Part shown: positions 14,651 through 24,496 of the stretch, in pieces
How positions within the stretch are numbered: the first letter of the stretch is position 1
Layout of the letters: the number at the start of each line of letters is the position of its first letter
NCBI GenBank assembly: GCA_028716665.1
Contig: JAQUPP010000001.1
Span: forward strand, 555,073-619,072
Reading direction: 5' to 3'
DNA: 64,000 bases
DNA from: Patescibacteria group bacterium
GTDB taxonomy: Bacteria > Patescibacteriota > Patescibacteriia > UBA2591 > JAQUPP01
The notes under the pieces: generated by a model
Told to the model about the DNA's origin: nothing
The model's input: only the letters and a program-made list of their open reading frames with translations
Databases searched by the model: none
Made by a program: the position numbers and the translations under genes

Positions 14651-15814
14651 TTGCGTTTTCAACTTAAATTTTCAAATAATTTTGGTATGAAAAGAAAATA
14701 CAGATTCATTAAAGCATTGGCATGTTTTGCCGGAACCATTATCGGAGTCGGATTTTTTTGTTTGCCTTATGTGGCGCGACAAGCGGGATTTTTTGTCGTT
14801 GTCGCGTATTTTATTTTAATGTCCGGCATAGTTATTGTCATTCATTCTCTCTTGGGTGAAGTGACTTGCGACACCCATAGAGTTGCCAGAATTCCCGGTT
14901 ACGCCGAAGAATATCTCGGCAAAAGAGCAAAAAAAATAAGCTTTACGGTTTCTTTACTCAGTTTAACCGGAGCGCTCTTGGCTTATCTTATTATGGGTGG
15001 AGAGTTTTTGTATTTATTATTATCGCCATTGATCGGGGGCGCTGTTATTTATTATGTCTTGGCTTATTTTATTTTGGGATCAATTATAATTTATCGCGAT
15101 CGGTGCGCTATGGTGCCGATTCAATTGATTTTAGGAGTTGTTTTTGTATTGATACTTTTATTTTTCTTTTTCAGAGGCCTACCCTATGTTCATTTGAAGA
15201 ATTTAGTCACCTTTGATTATCGTCTTTTAACAATGCCTTACGGAGTAGTATTGTTTTCTCTTTGGGGCATTACTTTGGTGCCGGAAGCCAAGGAAATCGT
15301 GGATCGAAACCGCAAAAAACTTTTTAAAGTAATCGGTTTTGGCGTTATTATTGCCGCCATTTGCTATCTGCTTTTTATTTTTACTATTTTGGGCGTCAGC
15401 GGTGCAGAAACAACCAATGACGCTATTTTGGGATTTAGTAAAATTATTGATCCCAGATTGATTTATTTGGGTTTCTTTTTGGGATTAATCACCACTTTTA
15501 CTTCTTTTATCAGCATCGGGACGACTTTGAAGAAAATTTTTTGGTATGATTTGAAATTATCCAAAAAGAAATCTTGGGCTTTTGCTTGTTTTATTCCTCT
15601 TGCCTTGTATTTATTGGGTTTTAAAAATTGCATTGATGTTATCGGTCTGACCGGCGGGATTTTTTTGGGGCTGGAAGGAATTATTGTCATTCTAATTTAT
15701 CAGCATTTTGTTAAAAAAAGATTTCAATATCGCATACCGTTTTTCACTTATCTTTTGATAATTTTGCTTTTATTGGGCATGGTTTCGGAAATCGCTTATT
15801 TATTTATCCGTTAA
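14651..15814 (+). CDS. Amino acid permease-like integral membrane transporter (AAAP/aromatic amino acid permease-like)
   Basis: Ten or more predicted TM segments. N-terminal 'AGTIIGVGFFCLPY' resembles the amino-acid transporter signature. Confidence 0.45.
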   Translation: MRFQLKFSNNFGMKRKYRFIKALACFAGTIIGVGFFCLPYVARQAGFFVVVAYFILMSGIVIVIHSLLGEVTCDTHRVARIPGYAEEYLGKRAKKISFTVSLLSLTGALLAYLIMGGEFLYLLLSPLIGGAVIYYVLAYFILGSIIIYRDRCAMVPIQLILGVVFVLILLFFFFRGLPYVHLKNLVTFDYRLLTMPYGVVLFSLWGITLVPEAKEIVDRNRKKLFKVIGFGVIIAAICYLLFIFTILGVSGAETTNDAILGFSKIIDPRLIYLGFFLGLITTFTSFISIGTTLKKIFWYDLKLSKKKSWAFACFIPLALYLLGFKNCIDVIGLTGGIFLGLEGIIVILIYQHFVKKRFQYRIPFFTYLLIILLLLGMVSEIAYLFIR

Positions 15815-15821
15815 ATATATT

Positions 15822-17318
15822 ATGTGGCACCCGAGTGATCGCCAAAAATATCGTTTTTATGAAATGTTTCCCGGAATTATCGTTTGGGTAATATTATTGG
15901 GAAGTCTTTTATTGTCATTTATAAGACCCATTTGGGTTATTTATTTTATTATTGTTTTTGATCTTTATTGGCTGACCCAGGTTTTATATTTGTCAATTTT
16001 GCTTATTTACGCTTGGCGCAAATATCGCAAAAATTTAAAAATTAATTGGCGCGAAAGAGCGGAAAAGTTGCCCGGTTATGCGGATATTCATCATTTGGTA
16101 TTCTTCGCAACTTATAAAGAAGAAATAGATGTTGTCGGACCGACTTTTGAAGCTTTAATAAAATCAGATTATCCTTTGGACAAATTGATAGTTGTTTTGG
16201 CGGGGGAAGAAAAAGATAAAGATAATTTCTTAAAAATGGCGGAAGAAATTAGAAATAGATATGCCGATAAATTTTTTAAATTTTTAATAACCGTTCACCC
16301 GAAAAATTTACCTGATGAAATTCCTGGCAAGGGTTCCAATTTGCATTTTTCCGGACAAGAAGCGCAAAAAATAATCGATGAATTGGGTCTGCCTTATGAA
16401 AAAATAATAGTTTCCAGTTTTGATGTTGATACCTGTGTTCATCCTTTGTATCTTCCATATTTAACTTATGTTTATCTCACTCATCCGGATCCCACTCATT
16501 GTTCTTATCAGCCCGTAGCGGTGTTTAATAATAATATTTGGGACTCGCCGGCGCTTACGAGAGTGGTGGCCAGAGGAACAACTTTTTGGCTTTTAACCGA
16601 ACTTACCAAGCCGCATATTTATTTTACTTTTTCCAGCCATGCCATGAGTTTTAAGGCTTTAACTGACATTGGTTTTTGGCAAAAAGACGTGGTCAGCGAG
16701 GACTCCAGAATTTTTCTGCAATGTTACAATTATTATAACGGCAATTATCAAACAGTTCCGCTTTATATGTCTGTCTCAATGGATACGGTTTATGTCGGTT
16801 CAATTAAAAAAACTTTGATTAATCAGTATAAGCAAATAATGCGTTGGGGTTATGGAGTTGAAAATGTTCCCTGGATGATATGTAATTTTTTAAAAAACAA
16901 AAAAATGCCTTTTAAAAAAAAGATACCCCCATTTTGGGTTCAATTTGAAGGTTCATGCACTTGGGCCACGGTGCCGCTTTTAATTTTTATTTTGGGCAAC
17001 TTGCCGATGCGCATCGCTCATTTGCAAAATAAAACAGAAGCGATTGTTCATAACGCTCCTTTCGTTTTGGAAAAATTGATGACTTTTACTTTAGTCGGAA
17101 TTTTCTTGTCTGCTATTTTAAGCACTATTTTATTGCCTCCAAAGCCTCAAAAACATAAAATCACTCAATATTTTTTTATGATTTTTCAATGGCTTCTTTT
17201 TCCGATTACAATGATTATTTTCGGTTCTATTCCGGCCGGAGAGGGAATCACCAGATTAATGCTGGGTAAATATATCGGTTTCAGGGTGACGGAAAAAAAG
17301 AGAAAAGTTATAAAATAG
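15822..17318 (+). CDS. Membrane-embedded family-2 glycosyltransferase, processive type (cellulose/chitin-synthase-like)
   Basis: N-terminal and C-terminal TM segments. 'SSFDVDTCVHP' (DxD-like), 'SEDSRIF' and the 'KQIMRWGYG' QxxRW motif. Confidence 0.55.
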   Translation: MWHPSDRQKYRFYEMFPGIIVWVILLGSLLLSFIRPIWVIYFIIVFDLYWLTQVLYLSILLIYAWRKYRKNLKINWRERAEKLPGYADIHHLVFFATYKEEIDVVGPTFEALIKSDYPLDKLIVVLAGEEKDKDNFLKMAEEIRNRYADKFFKFLITVHPKNLPDEIPGKGSNLHFSGQEAQKIIDELGLPYEKIIVSSFDVDTCVHPLYLPYLTYVYLTHPDPTHCSYQPVAVFNNNIWDSPALTRVVARGTTFWLLTELTKPHIYFTFSSHAMSFKALTDIGFWQKDVVSEDSRIFLQCYNYYNGNYQTVPLYMSVSMDTVYVGSIKKTLINQYKQIMRWGYGVENVPWMICNFLKNKKMPFKKKIPPFWVQFEGSCTWATVPLLIFILGNLPMRIAHLQNKTEAIVHNAPFVLEKLMTFTLVGIFLSAILSTILLPPKPQKHKITQYFFMIFQWLLFPITMIIFGSIPAGEGITRLMLGKYIGFRVTEKKRKVIK

Positions 17319-17508
17319 CGTTGATTATTTTCGGATAACCGTTTAAAAAATGCCGATTTTGTCTGAACGAAGTGAAGGTACAAAATCGAGCACCCCGTAC
17401 AAATTCTCAAAAAAAAGCAATGTGTTAAAAAATAATTAGCCGTAGGCGATTCAGCGAAAGAAAAATAATTTTAAAATAAATTTTGTCGGGATTTGGTGCG
17501 GGGTTAAT

Positions 17509-18447
17509 TTAATTCAAAATAGAATCAATTATCCGCGGGTATCCATTAAGGAATTCTTTACTATTCATAACCTTTTTCCCTTCTAATTGAATTTCTTTCA
17601 AAATTAAAGCATTTTCGCCGCAAACTACTGCTAGTTGTTTGTCTGTTGTTAGAAATACTGTTCCGGATTTTTTATTATCTTGAGTTTCCAAAAAATCCGC
17701 TTTAATGATTTTTAATTTTTTATTGTCAAAATTGGTAAAAATTCCAGGCCAAGGATAATAAGCTCGCAACATTTTTTCAATTTTTTTCGCCGGAGAAGAC
17801 CAATCAATCAATCCGTCCTCTTTCTTGATTTGTCGCGTAAAAGTTACTTTGGTTTCGTCTTGAATGTTTGGTTTAATTTCTCCTGCCATCCATTTTGGCA
17901 AGGTTTCTATTAAAAGTTTTGCTCCCAGTTCCGCCAGTTCTTTTGATAATTTTGGTAATTGATAATTGGCAATTGGCGATCCCAATTGTTGTTGCGCGAC
18001 AATTGGTCCGTGATCCATTTTTTCGTCCATTAAAATAATACTGACTCCGGTTGTTTTGTCACCGTTTAAAATGGCGGTTTGAATAGGAGTGGCGCCGCGA
18101 TAAAGAGGCAATAATGAAGGATGAATATTAAGACAACCGTATTTCGGAATATCCAATATTTCTTTTGGCAAAAATTTTCCATAAGCGGCGACGATAAAAA
18201 GATCCGGTTTAGAATTTAGAATTTGGAATTTAGAATCTAGAATTTTGTCAGGTTGAAGAACGGGAATGTCATATTTGAGAGCTAATTCTTTTACTGGTGG
18301 AGCGGTTAAAATTTGTTTTCTGCCCACTGGTTTATCTGATTCAGTGATAACTTTGATTGGTTTAAATTCAGTTTGGCTCAGTAAATCTAAAACAATAGCC
18401 CCAAATTCAGGCGTACCCCAAAAAATAATTTTATTTTGACTGTTCAT
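17509..18447 (-). CDS. fmt: Methionyl-tRNA formyltransferase
   Basis: 'IIFWGTPEFG', 'NIHPSLLPLYRGATPIQTAILNGDKTTGVSI' and a C-terminal Fmt domain. Confidence 0.85.
   Translation of the reverse strand: MNSQNKIIFWGTPEFGAIVLDLLSQTEFKPIKVITESDKPVGRKQILTAPPVKELALKYDIPVLQPDKILDSKFQILNSKPDLFIVAAYGKFLPKEILDIPKYGCLNIHPSLLPLYRGATPIQTAILNGDKTTGVSIILMDEKMDHGPIVAQQQLGSPIANYQLPKLSKELAELGAKLLIETLPKWMAGEIKPNIQDETKVTFTRQIKKEDGLIDWSSPAKKIEKMLRAYYPWPGIFTNFDNKKLKIIKADFLETQDNKKSGTVFLTTDKQLAVVCGENALILKEIQLEGKKVMNSKEFLNGYPRIIDSILN
18208..18245. repeat. GAATTTRGA-type short tandem repeat block inside fmt, near-identical to 34111..34143
   Basis: 'tttagaatttagaatttggaatttagaatctagaatt' compared with 'agaatttggaatttggaatttggaatctagaat' at 34111. 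Confidence 0.6.
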
Positions 18448-18491
18448 ATTAAATATTATATCATTTTTTTAAAAAAATTACCATACAAAAT

Positions 18492-20339
18492 ATGATTGAT
18501 AAATTAAAAAAATTATCCAAATTAATCCGCTATTATATTTTATTTTCCACCACTGAAGCCGGTTCCGGTCATCCAACTTCTTCGCTTTCGGCGACTGATT
18601 TGATGGCTGTTTTATTTTTTGGCGGATTTTTTCGTGTAAATCTTCAAGATCCTAAATTTGTCAATAATGACAGATTTATTCTTTCAAAAGGCCACGCTGT
18701 GCCGGCGCTTTACGCTGTTTATGCTGCGGCCGGAATTTTGACCGAAACTGATCTTAAAAAATTGCGTAAATTCGACAGCCCTTTAGAAGGACATCCAGTG
18801 CCGCGTTTTCCATACAGTGAAGTCGCCACCGGTTCTTTGGGTCAAGGTTTGTCAGTCGGTGTTGGTATGGCTATTAATGCTAAATATTTGGATAAATTGC
18901 CTTATCGCACTTATGTCCTTTTAGGTGACAGCGAAATGGCCGAGGGTTCGGTTTGGGAAGCCATTGAATTGGCCAGTTATTATAAACTTGATAATTTAAT
19001 CGGTATTATTGACGTGAATCGCTTGGGACAAAGAGGTGAGACAATGCTCGGTCATAAAGTTAACGAATATGCCAAGCGAATTTCGGCTTTTGGTTGGCAG
19101 ACAATTGTTATTGACGGACATAATTTAAAAGAAATTGAAAAAACTTTTAAAAAAGCCAATCAAATTAAAAATAAACCGATAATGATAATTGCCAAAACCA
19201 TCAAGGGTAAAGGAGTTTCTTTTTTGGAAAATAAAAACGGTTGGCACGGGAAAGCGCTTTCAAAAGAAGAGTTTAATAAAGCTGTGCAAGAATTAGGAGA
19301 AATTGATAAAAAAATAAAGGGAGAAATTCAAGAACCAGAGAAAGGGCAAAAATCAACCCCGACGCCAATGGGTCGGGGCTCCGACCGAAGCGTCGGAGAA
19401 TTTAAAATTATAGAGTATCCAATAAATACTCCGGTCGCAACACGCAAGGCTTTTGGCAATGCCATAACCCGTTTGGCTGAAAAATATCCGGAAATAGTTG
19501 TTTTGGACGGCGAAGTTGGAAATTCAACTTACGCGGAAATTTTTGAAAAAAAATTTCCAAAAAGATTTTTTCAGATGTTTATTGCCGAACAAAATATGGT
19601 TGGTACGGCGCTGGGATTGGACAAGCGCGGAAAAATTCCTTTTGTCCCGACTTTTGGCGCTTTTTTAATCAGAGCTTTTGATCAAATCAGAATGTCGCAA
19701 TATTCAGAAGCTAATCTTAAATTTATCGGTTCGCACGCCGGCGTTTCCATTGGTGAAGACGGACCGTCGCAGATGGCGCTTGAAGATATTGCCATGTTTA
19801 GAACGATTTTAAACAGCGTAGTTTTATATCCGTCTGACGCGATTAGTACGGAAAAATTGGTTGAAGAAATGATAAAATTCAAAGGAATAGCTTATCTTCG
19901 CACCACGCGTTCGGCCACACCGATAATTTATAAACCAAATGAAAATTTTCCCATTGGCGGAAGCAAGGTTTTGAAGAAAAGCGAAAAAGATGCGGTGACC
20001 GTAGTCGCGGCCGGTATTACTCTTTTTGAAGCGTTAAAAGCTTATGAAATATTAAAAAAAGAGGGGATTAATATCAGAATAATTGACCTTTACAGTATCA
20101 AACCGATTGACGCAGCCACTTTGCAACAAGCGGCTAAAGAAACAAAAGCCATTATTACGGTTGAAGATCATTTTGCCGAAGGCGGAATGGGCGAAGCCGT
20201 GCGCAGTATTGGTATAAATATTAATTCATTAGCGGTGAGAAAAATGCCACGCAGCGGTAGGCCGGAAGAATTATTGGATTTTGAAGAAATTTCCGCCAAG
20301 GCGATTATTAAAAAAATCAGAGAAATTATGAAAGTTTAA
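18492..20339 (+). CDS. tkt: Transketolase (single fused polypeptide, 615 aa)
   Basis: 'TEAGSGHPTSSLSATDLMAV' (TPP-binding GHPG region), 'GDSEMAEGSVWEA', and C-terminal pyrimidine-binding and TKC domains. Confidence 0.85.
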   Translation: MIDKLKKLSKLIRYYILFSTTEAGSGHPTSSLSATDLMAVLFFGGFFRVNLQDPKFVNNDRFILSKGHAVPALYAVYAAAGILTETDLKKLRKFDSPLEGHPVPRFPYSEVATGSLGQGLSVGVGMAINAKYLDKLPYRTYVLLGDSEMAEGSVWEAIELASYYKLDNLIGIIDVNRLGQRGETMLGHKVNEYAKRISAFGWQTIVIDGHNLKEIEKTFKKANQIKNKPIMIIAKTIKGKGVSFLENKNGWHGKALSKEEFNKAVQELGEIDKKIKGEIQEPEKGQKSTPTPMGRGSDRSVGEFKIIEYPINTPVATRKAFGNAITRLAEKYPEIVVLDGEVGNSTYAEIFEKKFPKRFFQMFIAEQNMVGTALGLDKRGKIPFVPTFGAFLIRAFDQIRMSQYSEANLKFIGSHAGVSIGEDGPSQMALEDIAMFRTILNSVVLYPSDAISTEKLVEEMIKFKGIAYLRTTRSATPIIYKPNENFPIGGSKVLKKSEKDAVTVVAAGITLFEALKAYEILKKEGINIRIIDLYSIKPIDAATLQQAAKETKAIITVEDHFAEGGMGEAVRSIGININSLAVRKMPRSGRPEELLDFEEISAKAIIKKIREIMKV

Positions 20340-20363
20340 ATTATTAATAAATAGTCCTAATAT

Positions 20364-20393
20364 AAAAAGAGCTTTTTTAAAAGCTCTTTTTAT
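20364..20393. terminator. Bidirectional rho-independent terminator between convergent tkt and 20416..20901
   Basis: 'aaaagagctttt ttaa aagctctttt' palindrome with A-run and T-run flanks. Confidence 0.7.
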
Positions 20394-20415
20394 ATATTTA
20401 ATTAATTTAATATAT

Positions 20416-20901
20416 TTAACTTACTCGCCATTCAATTTCTTTGTCATCTCCGGCAAATTCGCGCCATTCTCCGTCTTCGGCTACGACAAACCATTTTTGT
20501 TTGGTTTGGCTCCAGACCATGGGATTGTCAAGAAAAAAAGGTTTTTTAACAATTTCTTTCGGCTGCAACTTATCAAGTTCCAGCCATTTTTTAAACACGG
20601 TTTCAATAGCATAATCAAGGCGGCGCGACTTAGCCCATTCGGATACTTTATTAATGGCTGTTTTGGCTTGTTCCACGGAACCGGCTAAATCCAATAATTG
20701 TTTTGCTGGACGGGTAAATCTTGAATAAATTATTTTTTTCTTTTTCGCGTCGTCTTTAATTTGTTCAAGCGTTAGACCCTTGCTGTAAAAATAATGATTA
20801 ACTATTTCTTGAATAGCCGTTCCTTTGTCTTCTTTAGGAGCCGCCGGAGGGGTGACTTTGATTTTTTTATTTTTAGGCAGTTTTAGTTTTTGTTCAGTCA
20901 T
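20416..20901 (-). CDS. Hypothetical protein (161 aa, Lys-rich)
   Basis: Clean ORF with no recognisable motifs. Its start codon abuts the repeat element at 20902. Confidence 0.45.
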   Translation of the reverse strand: MTEQKLKLPKNKKIKVTPPAAPKEDKGTAIQEIVNHYFYSKGLTLEQIKDDAKKKKIIYSRFTRPAKQLLDLAGSVEQAKTAINKVSEWAKSRRLDYAIETVFKKWLELDKLQPKEIVKKPFFLDNPMVWSQTKQKWFVVAEDGEWREFAGDDKEIEWRVS

Positions 20902-21041
20902 ACCAGGTAGTAGAAATTTGACTAATTAATATTAAATATTTTTTTAAACTTAGGCTAAGCGCCGAAATAGTAAGAATTTGATTTATTAATACCTATTTTT
21001 ACAGCCCACCTTAGTGGGCGGTCAAATTTTCACTACCTGGC
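20902..21041. repeat. MITE-like intergenic element copy A, about 140 bp, with 21 bp terminal inverted repeats ACCAGGTAGTAGAAATTTGAC / GTCAAATTTTCACTACCTGGC
   Basis: The inverted repeats are read directly. The same repeats bound a second element at 26213..26356. There is an internal hairpin 'gcccac ctta gtgggc'. Confidence 0.65.
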
Positions 21042-21145
21042 ATAATAAAAGTATTTTATCACTTTTGTAAAATTAGGCAAGGTGAAAAAGTTATCCACAG
21101 ATTAAGACTTGTTAATTTTATTTGGGTATGTTACTATGTGTATAG

Positions 21146-21182
21146 ATAACACTAAGTTAATGTATAAATAACATTAAGTTAA
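21146..21182 (+). promoter_or_regulatory. 15 bp direct repeat (ATAACACTAAGTTAA / ATAACATTAAGTTAA, 7 bp spacer) ending 5 bp upstream of the nrtR-like start. Candidate operator.
   Basis: Read directly from the sequence. Its position immediately 5' of a predicted transcription-factor gene heading an operon supports the call. Confidence 0.4.
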
Positions 21183-21186
21183 AAAT

Positions 21187-21888
21187 ATGAAAAACAAAAA
21201 TAAAATTGCCCGTTGGCAAGAAAAACCGGAGAAACCGCAAATAGCGGTGGATACAGTTATTTTTAATATCATTAATAATGATTTAAAAATTCTGTTAATC
21301 AAACGTGGATCGAAAACATTTAAAAATATGTGGGCCATACCCGGCGGCCGAGTTAATAAAAATGAACCGTTAGAGGAAGCGGCAAAAAGAGAGTTAGAAG
21401 AAGAAACCGGAGTGAAAGATGTTTATTTGGAACAGCTTTATACCTTCGGCGACCCTAAAAGAGATCCGAGAGGCAGGGTCATTTCTGTGGCTTATTTCGC
21501 TTTAATCGGCGAAGAACCGCGATTGAGGGCTGACACGGACGCTATAGACACAGACTGGTTTAGTGTTAAGAAATTGCCCCCATTGGCCTTTGACCATAAA
21601 AAAATTGTTAATTATGCTTTAAAACGTTTATCTTGGAAATTGGAATACACCAATATAGGCCGCAATCTTTTACCGAAAGTTTTTACTCTTTCGGAGTTAA
21701 GAGAAGTCTATGAAATTATTTTAGGCAAGAAAATTGATAAAAGAAATTTTCAGAAAAAAATATTATCCTTAAATCTCATTAAACCGGTGCATCAGTTAAA
21801 GAAAAATGTTTCTTACCGGCCGCCCAAGCTTTGGAAATTCATAACCGGTCAAAATGTGATCTTAGAAAAACGGGGATTGAATTTTTAA
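21187..21888 (+). CDS. nrtR: Nudix-domain transcriptional regulator of NAD metabolism (NrtR-like): N-terminal Nudix fold plus C-terminal winged-helix
   Basis: Nudix box 'GGRVNKNEPLEEAAKRELEEETGV'. About 100-aa C-terminal extension. The gene heads a pnuC-nadR operon. Confidence 0.55.
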   Translation: MKNKNKIARWQEKPEKPQIAVDTVIFNIINNDLKILLIKRGSKTFKNMWAIPGGRVNKNEPLEEAAKRELEEETGVKDVYLEQLYTFGDPKRDPRGRVISVAYFALIGEEPRLRADTDAIDTDWFSVKKLPPLAFDHKKIVNYALKRLSWKLEYTNIGRNLLPKVFTLSELREVYEIILGKKIDKRNFQKKILSLNLIKPVHQLKKNVSYRPPKLWKFITGQNVILEKRGLNF

Positions 21889-21910
21889 ATAAATTATTTA
21901 ATATTATAAT

Positions 21911-22585
21911 ATGCATAATTTTTTAAACATTAACAATATATTCTTCACATTTATCGGTTATCAGATGAGTTATTTGGAATTTTTCGGCACTATTTTTAAT
22001 TTATGGTGCGTTTATTTGGCGGCTAAAAATAAAATTTTAACTTGGCCTATCGGTATCGCGGGAATCATACTTTATCTTTTCCTTTTTTATCAAATTCAAC
22101 TGTATTCTGATTTTTTTGAACAAATCTACTTTTTAATTACAAGTTTTTACGGATGGTTTTTATGGCGAAAAATCATGTTAAAAAATAAGTCAGGCGAATC
22201 CAAACAACTGCAAATCAGCTATAATGTTCTTAAAAATAATATCATTGTTATAAGTTTAATAATTTTAGGAACAGCGTTAACTGGTTATTTCATGCAACAC
22301 ATACATCTTTATTTTCCCAAGATTTTCCCCGTGCAAGCATCATTTCCATTTTTAGATGCACTTACAACCGTAATGAGTTTTATTGCTCAATTTTTAATGG
22401 CAAAAAGAAAAATAGAATGTTGGTATCTTTGGATATTGGTGGATATCATCGGCATTGGCCTTTATTATATCAAAGGCGTTAAATTTATTTCTTTGGAATA
22501 TTTAATATTTCTTTGCCTGGCAATAAAAGGATTGGTTGATTGGCAAAAACAATATCATAATCAAATAATCAAGGGAAAAATATGA
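21911..22585 (+). CDS. pnuC: Nicotinamide riboside transporter PnuC-like membrane protein
   Basis: 224 aa with seven or eight TM segments and Trp-rich helices. Located between the nrtR-like gene and nadR. Confidence 0.5.
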   Translation: MHNFLNINNIFFTFIGYQMSYLEFFGTIFNLWCVYLAAKNKILTWPIGIAGIILYLFLFYQIQLYSDFFEQIYFLITSFYGWFLWRKIMLKNKSGESKQLQISYNVLKNNIIVISLIILGTALTGYFMQHIHLYFPKIFPVQASFPFLDALTTVMSFIAQFLMAKRKIECWYLWILVDIIGIGLYYIKGVKFISLEYLIFLCLAIKGLVDWQKQYHNQIIKGKI

Positions 22586-23613
22586 AAAATAATATCGCCG
22601 GTAAAAAAATAGGGAGCGGCCTGGTTTTCGGGAAATTCATGCCTCTGCACGAAGGTCATGTTTATTTATTGAATTTTGCCCTTAAATCATGCAATAAATT
22701 AACCATACTTGTCTGTTCGTTAAAAGACGAACCTATTCCGGGAGAGATAAGATTTTTATGGGTAAAACAATTATTTCCCAACGCAAACGTTATTCATCAT
22801 TATGCCGATATTCCGCAAGAGCCAAAAGAGGATCCTGATTTTTGGAATATTTGGAAAGAAAGTATCAAGAAACATTGCCCGGGAGAGGAATTCGACGCCT
22901 TGTTCGGTTCAGAAGATTATGGCTGGAAAATGGCCGAGACAATGGGAATTGAATATATTCCGGTAAATCGTCAAAGAGATTTGGTGCCGATTTCGGGCAC
23001 AACCATAAGAAAAAATCCGATAAAATATTGGAGATTTCTGCCTGAAATAACAAGACCTTATTTTGTAAAAAAAGTATGCATTGTTGGTCCGGAATCTACG
23101 GGAAAAACAACGCTTGTTAAAAAATTGGCAAAAAAATATAAAACTGTTTTTGTGGATGAATATGCCCGTCAATTATTGGATGAATATGTCAAGCATGCCG
23201 GTTATAAAGAAGGGGAGGTTCGTTATAAAGATATTTTCAATATTGCTCGCGGACAAATAGCAACGGAAGATTCTCAAGTTAAAAGAGCGAATAAAATACT
23301 TTTTTGCGACACGGATTTGAATACAACTGTTTTTTGGTCAAATTTTTATTTTAAAAAATGTCCTCAATGGATCAAGAAAGAAGCTGAAAATAGAATTTAT
23401 GACCTTTATTTATTGCTCGATATTGATGTTCCATGGGTAAAGGATCCTCAAAGGCCGATACCAAAAATAAACGAACGCAAGAAATACTTGAAATGGTGGC
23501 AAGAAGAATTAAAAAAACAAAAAAGACCGTACATTATAATTAAAGGAAACTGGGAAGAGAGACTTAAATTGGCCAATCAATCCATAAATAAATTATTTGT
23601 TAATTCTAAATAA
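22582..23613 (+). CDS. nadR: Bifunctional NMN adenylyltransferase / ribosylnicotinamide kinase (NadR-type, without HTH domain)
   Basis: 'GKFMPLHEGHVYLL' ((H/T)xGH nucleotidyltransferase motif) and 'GPESTGKTTLVKKL' (P-loop of the RNK domain). Confidence 0.8.
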   Translation: MKNNIAGKKIGSGLVFGKFMPLHEGHVYLLNFALKSCNKLTILVCSLKDEPIPGEIRFLWVKQLFPNANVIHHYADIPQEPKEDPDFWNIWKESIKKHCPGEEFDALFGSEDYGWKMAETMGIEYIPVNRQRDLVPISGTTIRKNPIKYWRFLPEITRPYFVKKVCIVGPESTGKTTLVKKLAKKYKTVFVDEYARQLLDEYVKHAGYKEGEVRYKDIFNIARGQIATEDSQVKRANKILFCDTDLNTTVFWSNFYFKKCPQWIKKEAENRIYDLYLLLDIDVPWVKDPQRPIPKINERKKYLKWWQEELKKQKRPYIIIKGNWEERLKLANQSINKLFVNSK

Positions 23614-23627
23614 TTTAAAAAATAAAT

Positions 23628-24491
23628 ATGCGAATTCAAACTTACAGCGTTTTAATAGGAAATCGTAAATGCAATGCTCGTTGTCCTTATTGTGTTTCCA
23701 AAATGACGCCGGCGCAAGGAGTTGATTCTAAAAAATCAAAAATAAATTGGAGAAATTTCAATATTGGCTGTCAATTTGCTCAAAATAACGAGGTTTCCAC
23801 CATTTTGCTTACCGGCAAAGGAGAACCGCTTTTATTTCCAAAAGAAATTACAGCTTTTTTGAAACACCTTAAACCTTACAAATTTCCTTTTATAGAGCTT
23901 CAAACTAACGGCATCCTCATTTTCCAAAAAAGAAATTTATACAAAAAATATCTGAAAGAATGGTATCAGCTTGGTTTAACAACTATTGCTATTTCCATAG
24001 TTCATTATAAAGATGAAAAAAATAAAATAATTTATCAGCCAGAAGGTTCTTATATGAAATTGGTTGATTTAATAAAAATTATTCATTCAGCAGGACTTTC
24101 AGTAAGATTTTCCTGTACGATGTTAAAAAATTTTATAGACAGCCCAACAGAAGTTAAAAAATTAGTTAATTTCGCCAAAGAAAACAAAGTGGAACAAATA
24201 TCCACAAGGTCGCTGGAAAAACCGATTAAAAGTGAAAATAAGGAAATTTCTCAATGGGTTGCCAAACATCAGATAAATGAAACCCAACTTAGAAATTATC
24301 TTAAGAATAATGCCGTTGAAGTGATGAAGCTGGTTCACGGGGCTACTGTTTATGATTTAGACGGTCAAAATATTTGTTTAACCAATGCTCTAACTTTAGA
24401 TCCATCTTCAGAGGAACTTAGACAATTAATATTTTTTCCGGACGGTCATTTAAGATATGACTGGCAATATCCGGGGGCTAACTTAATTTAA
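23628..24491 (+). CDS. Radical SAM enzyme of unknown specificity
   Basis: 'CNARCPYC' is a CX3CX2C cluster motif near the N-terminus. 287 aa with no SPASM extension. Confidence 0.65.
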   Translation: MRIQTYSVLIGNRKCNARCPYCVSKMTPAQGVDSKKSKINWRNFNIGCQFAQNNEVSTILLTGKGEPLLFPKEITAFLKHLKPYKFPFIELQTNGILIFQKRNLYKKYLKEWYQLGLTTIAISIVHYKDEKNKIIYQPEGSYMKLVDLIKIIHSAGLSVRFSCTMLKNFIDSPTEVKKLVNFAKENKVEQISTRSLEKPIKSENKEISQWVAKHQINETQLRNYLKNNAVEVMKLVHGATVYDLDGQNICLTNALTLDPSSEELRQLIFFPDGHLRYDWQYPGANLI

Positions 24492-24496
24492 TAAAT

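Noticed and set aside
17319-17508. Possible structured RNA in the fmt-upstream intergenic region (gcaccccg ... gtgcggggt)
   Set aside because: The two G/C segments are not reverse complements of each other (direct, not inverted), so no stable stem forms. Treated as ordinary promoter spacer.
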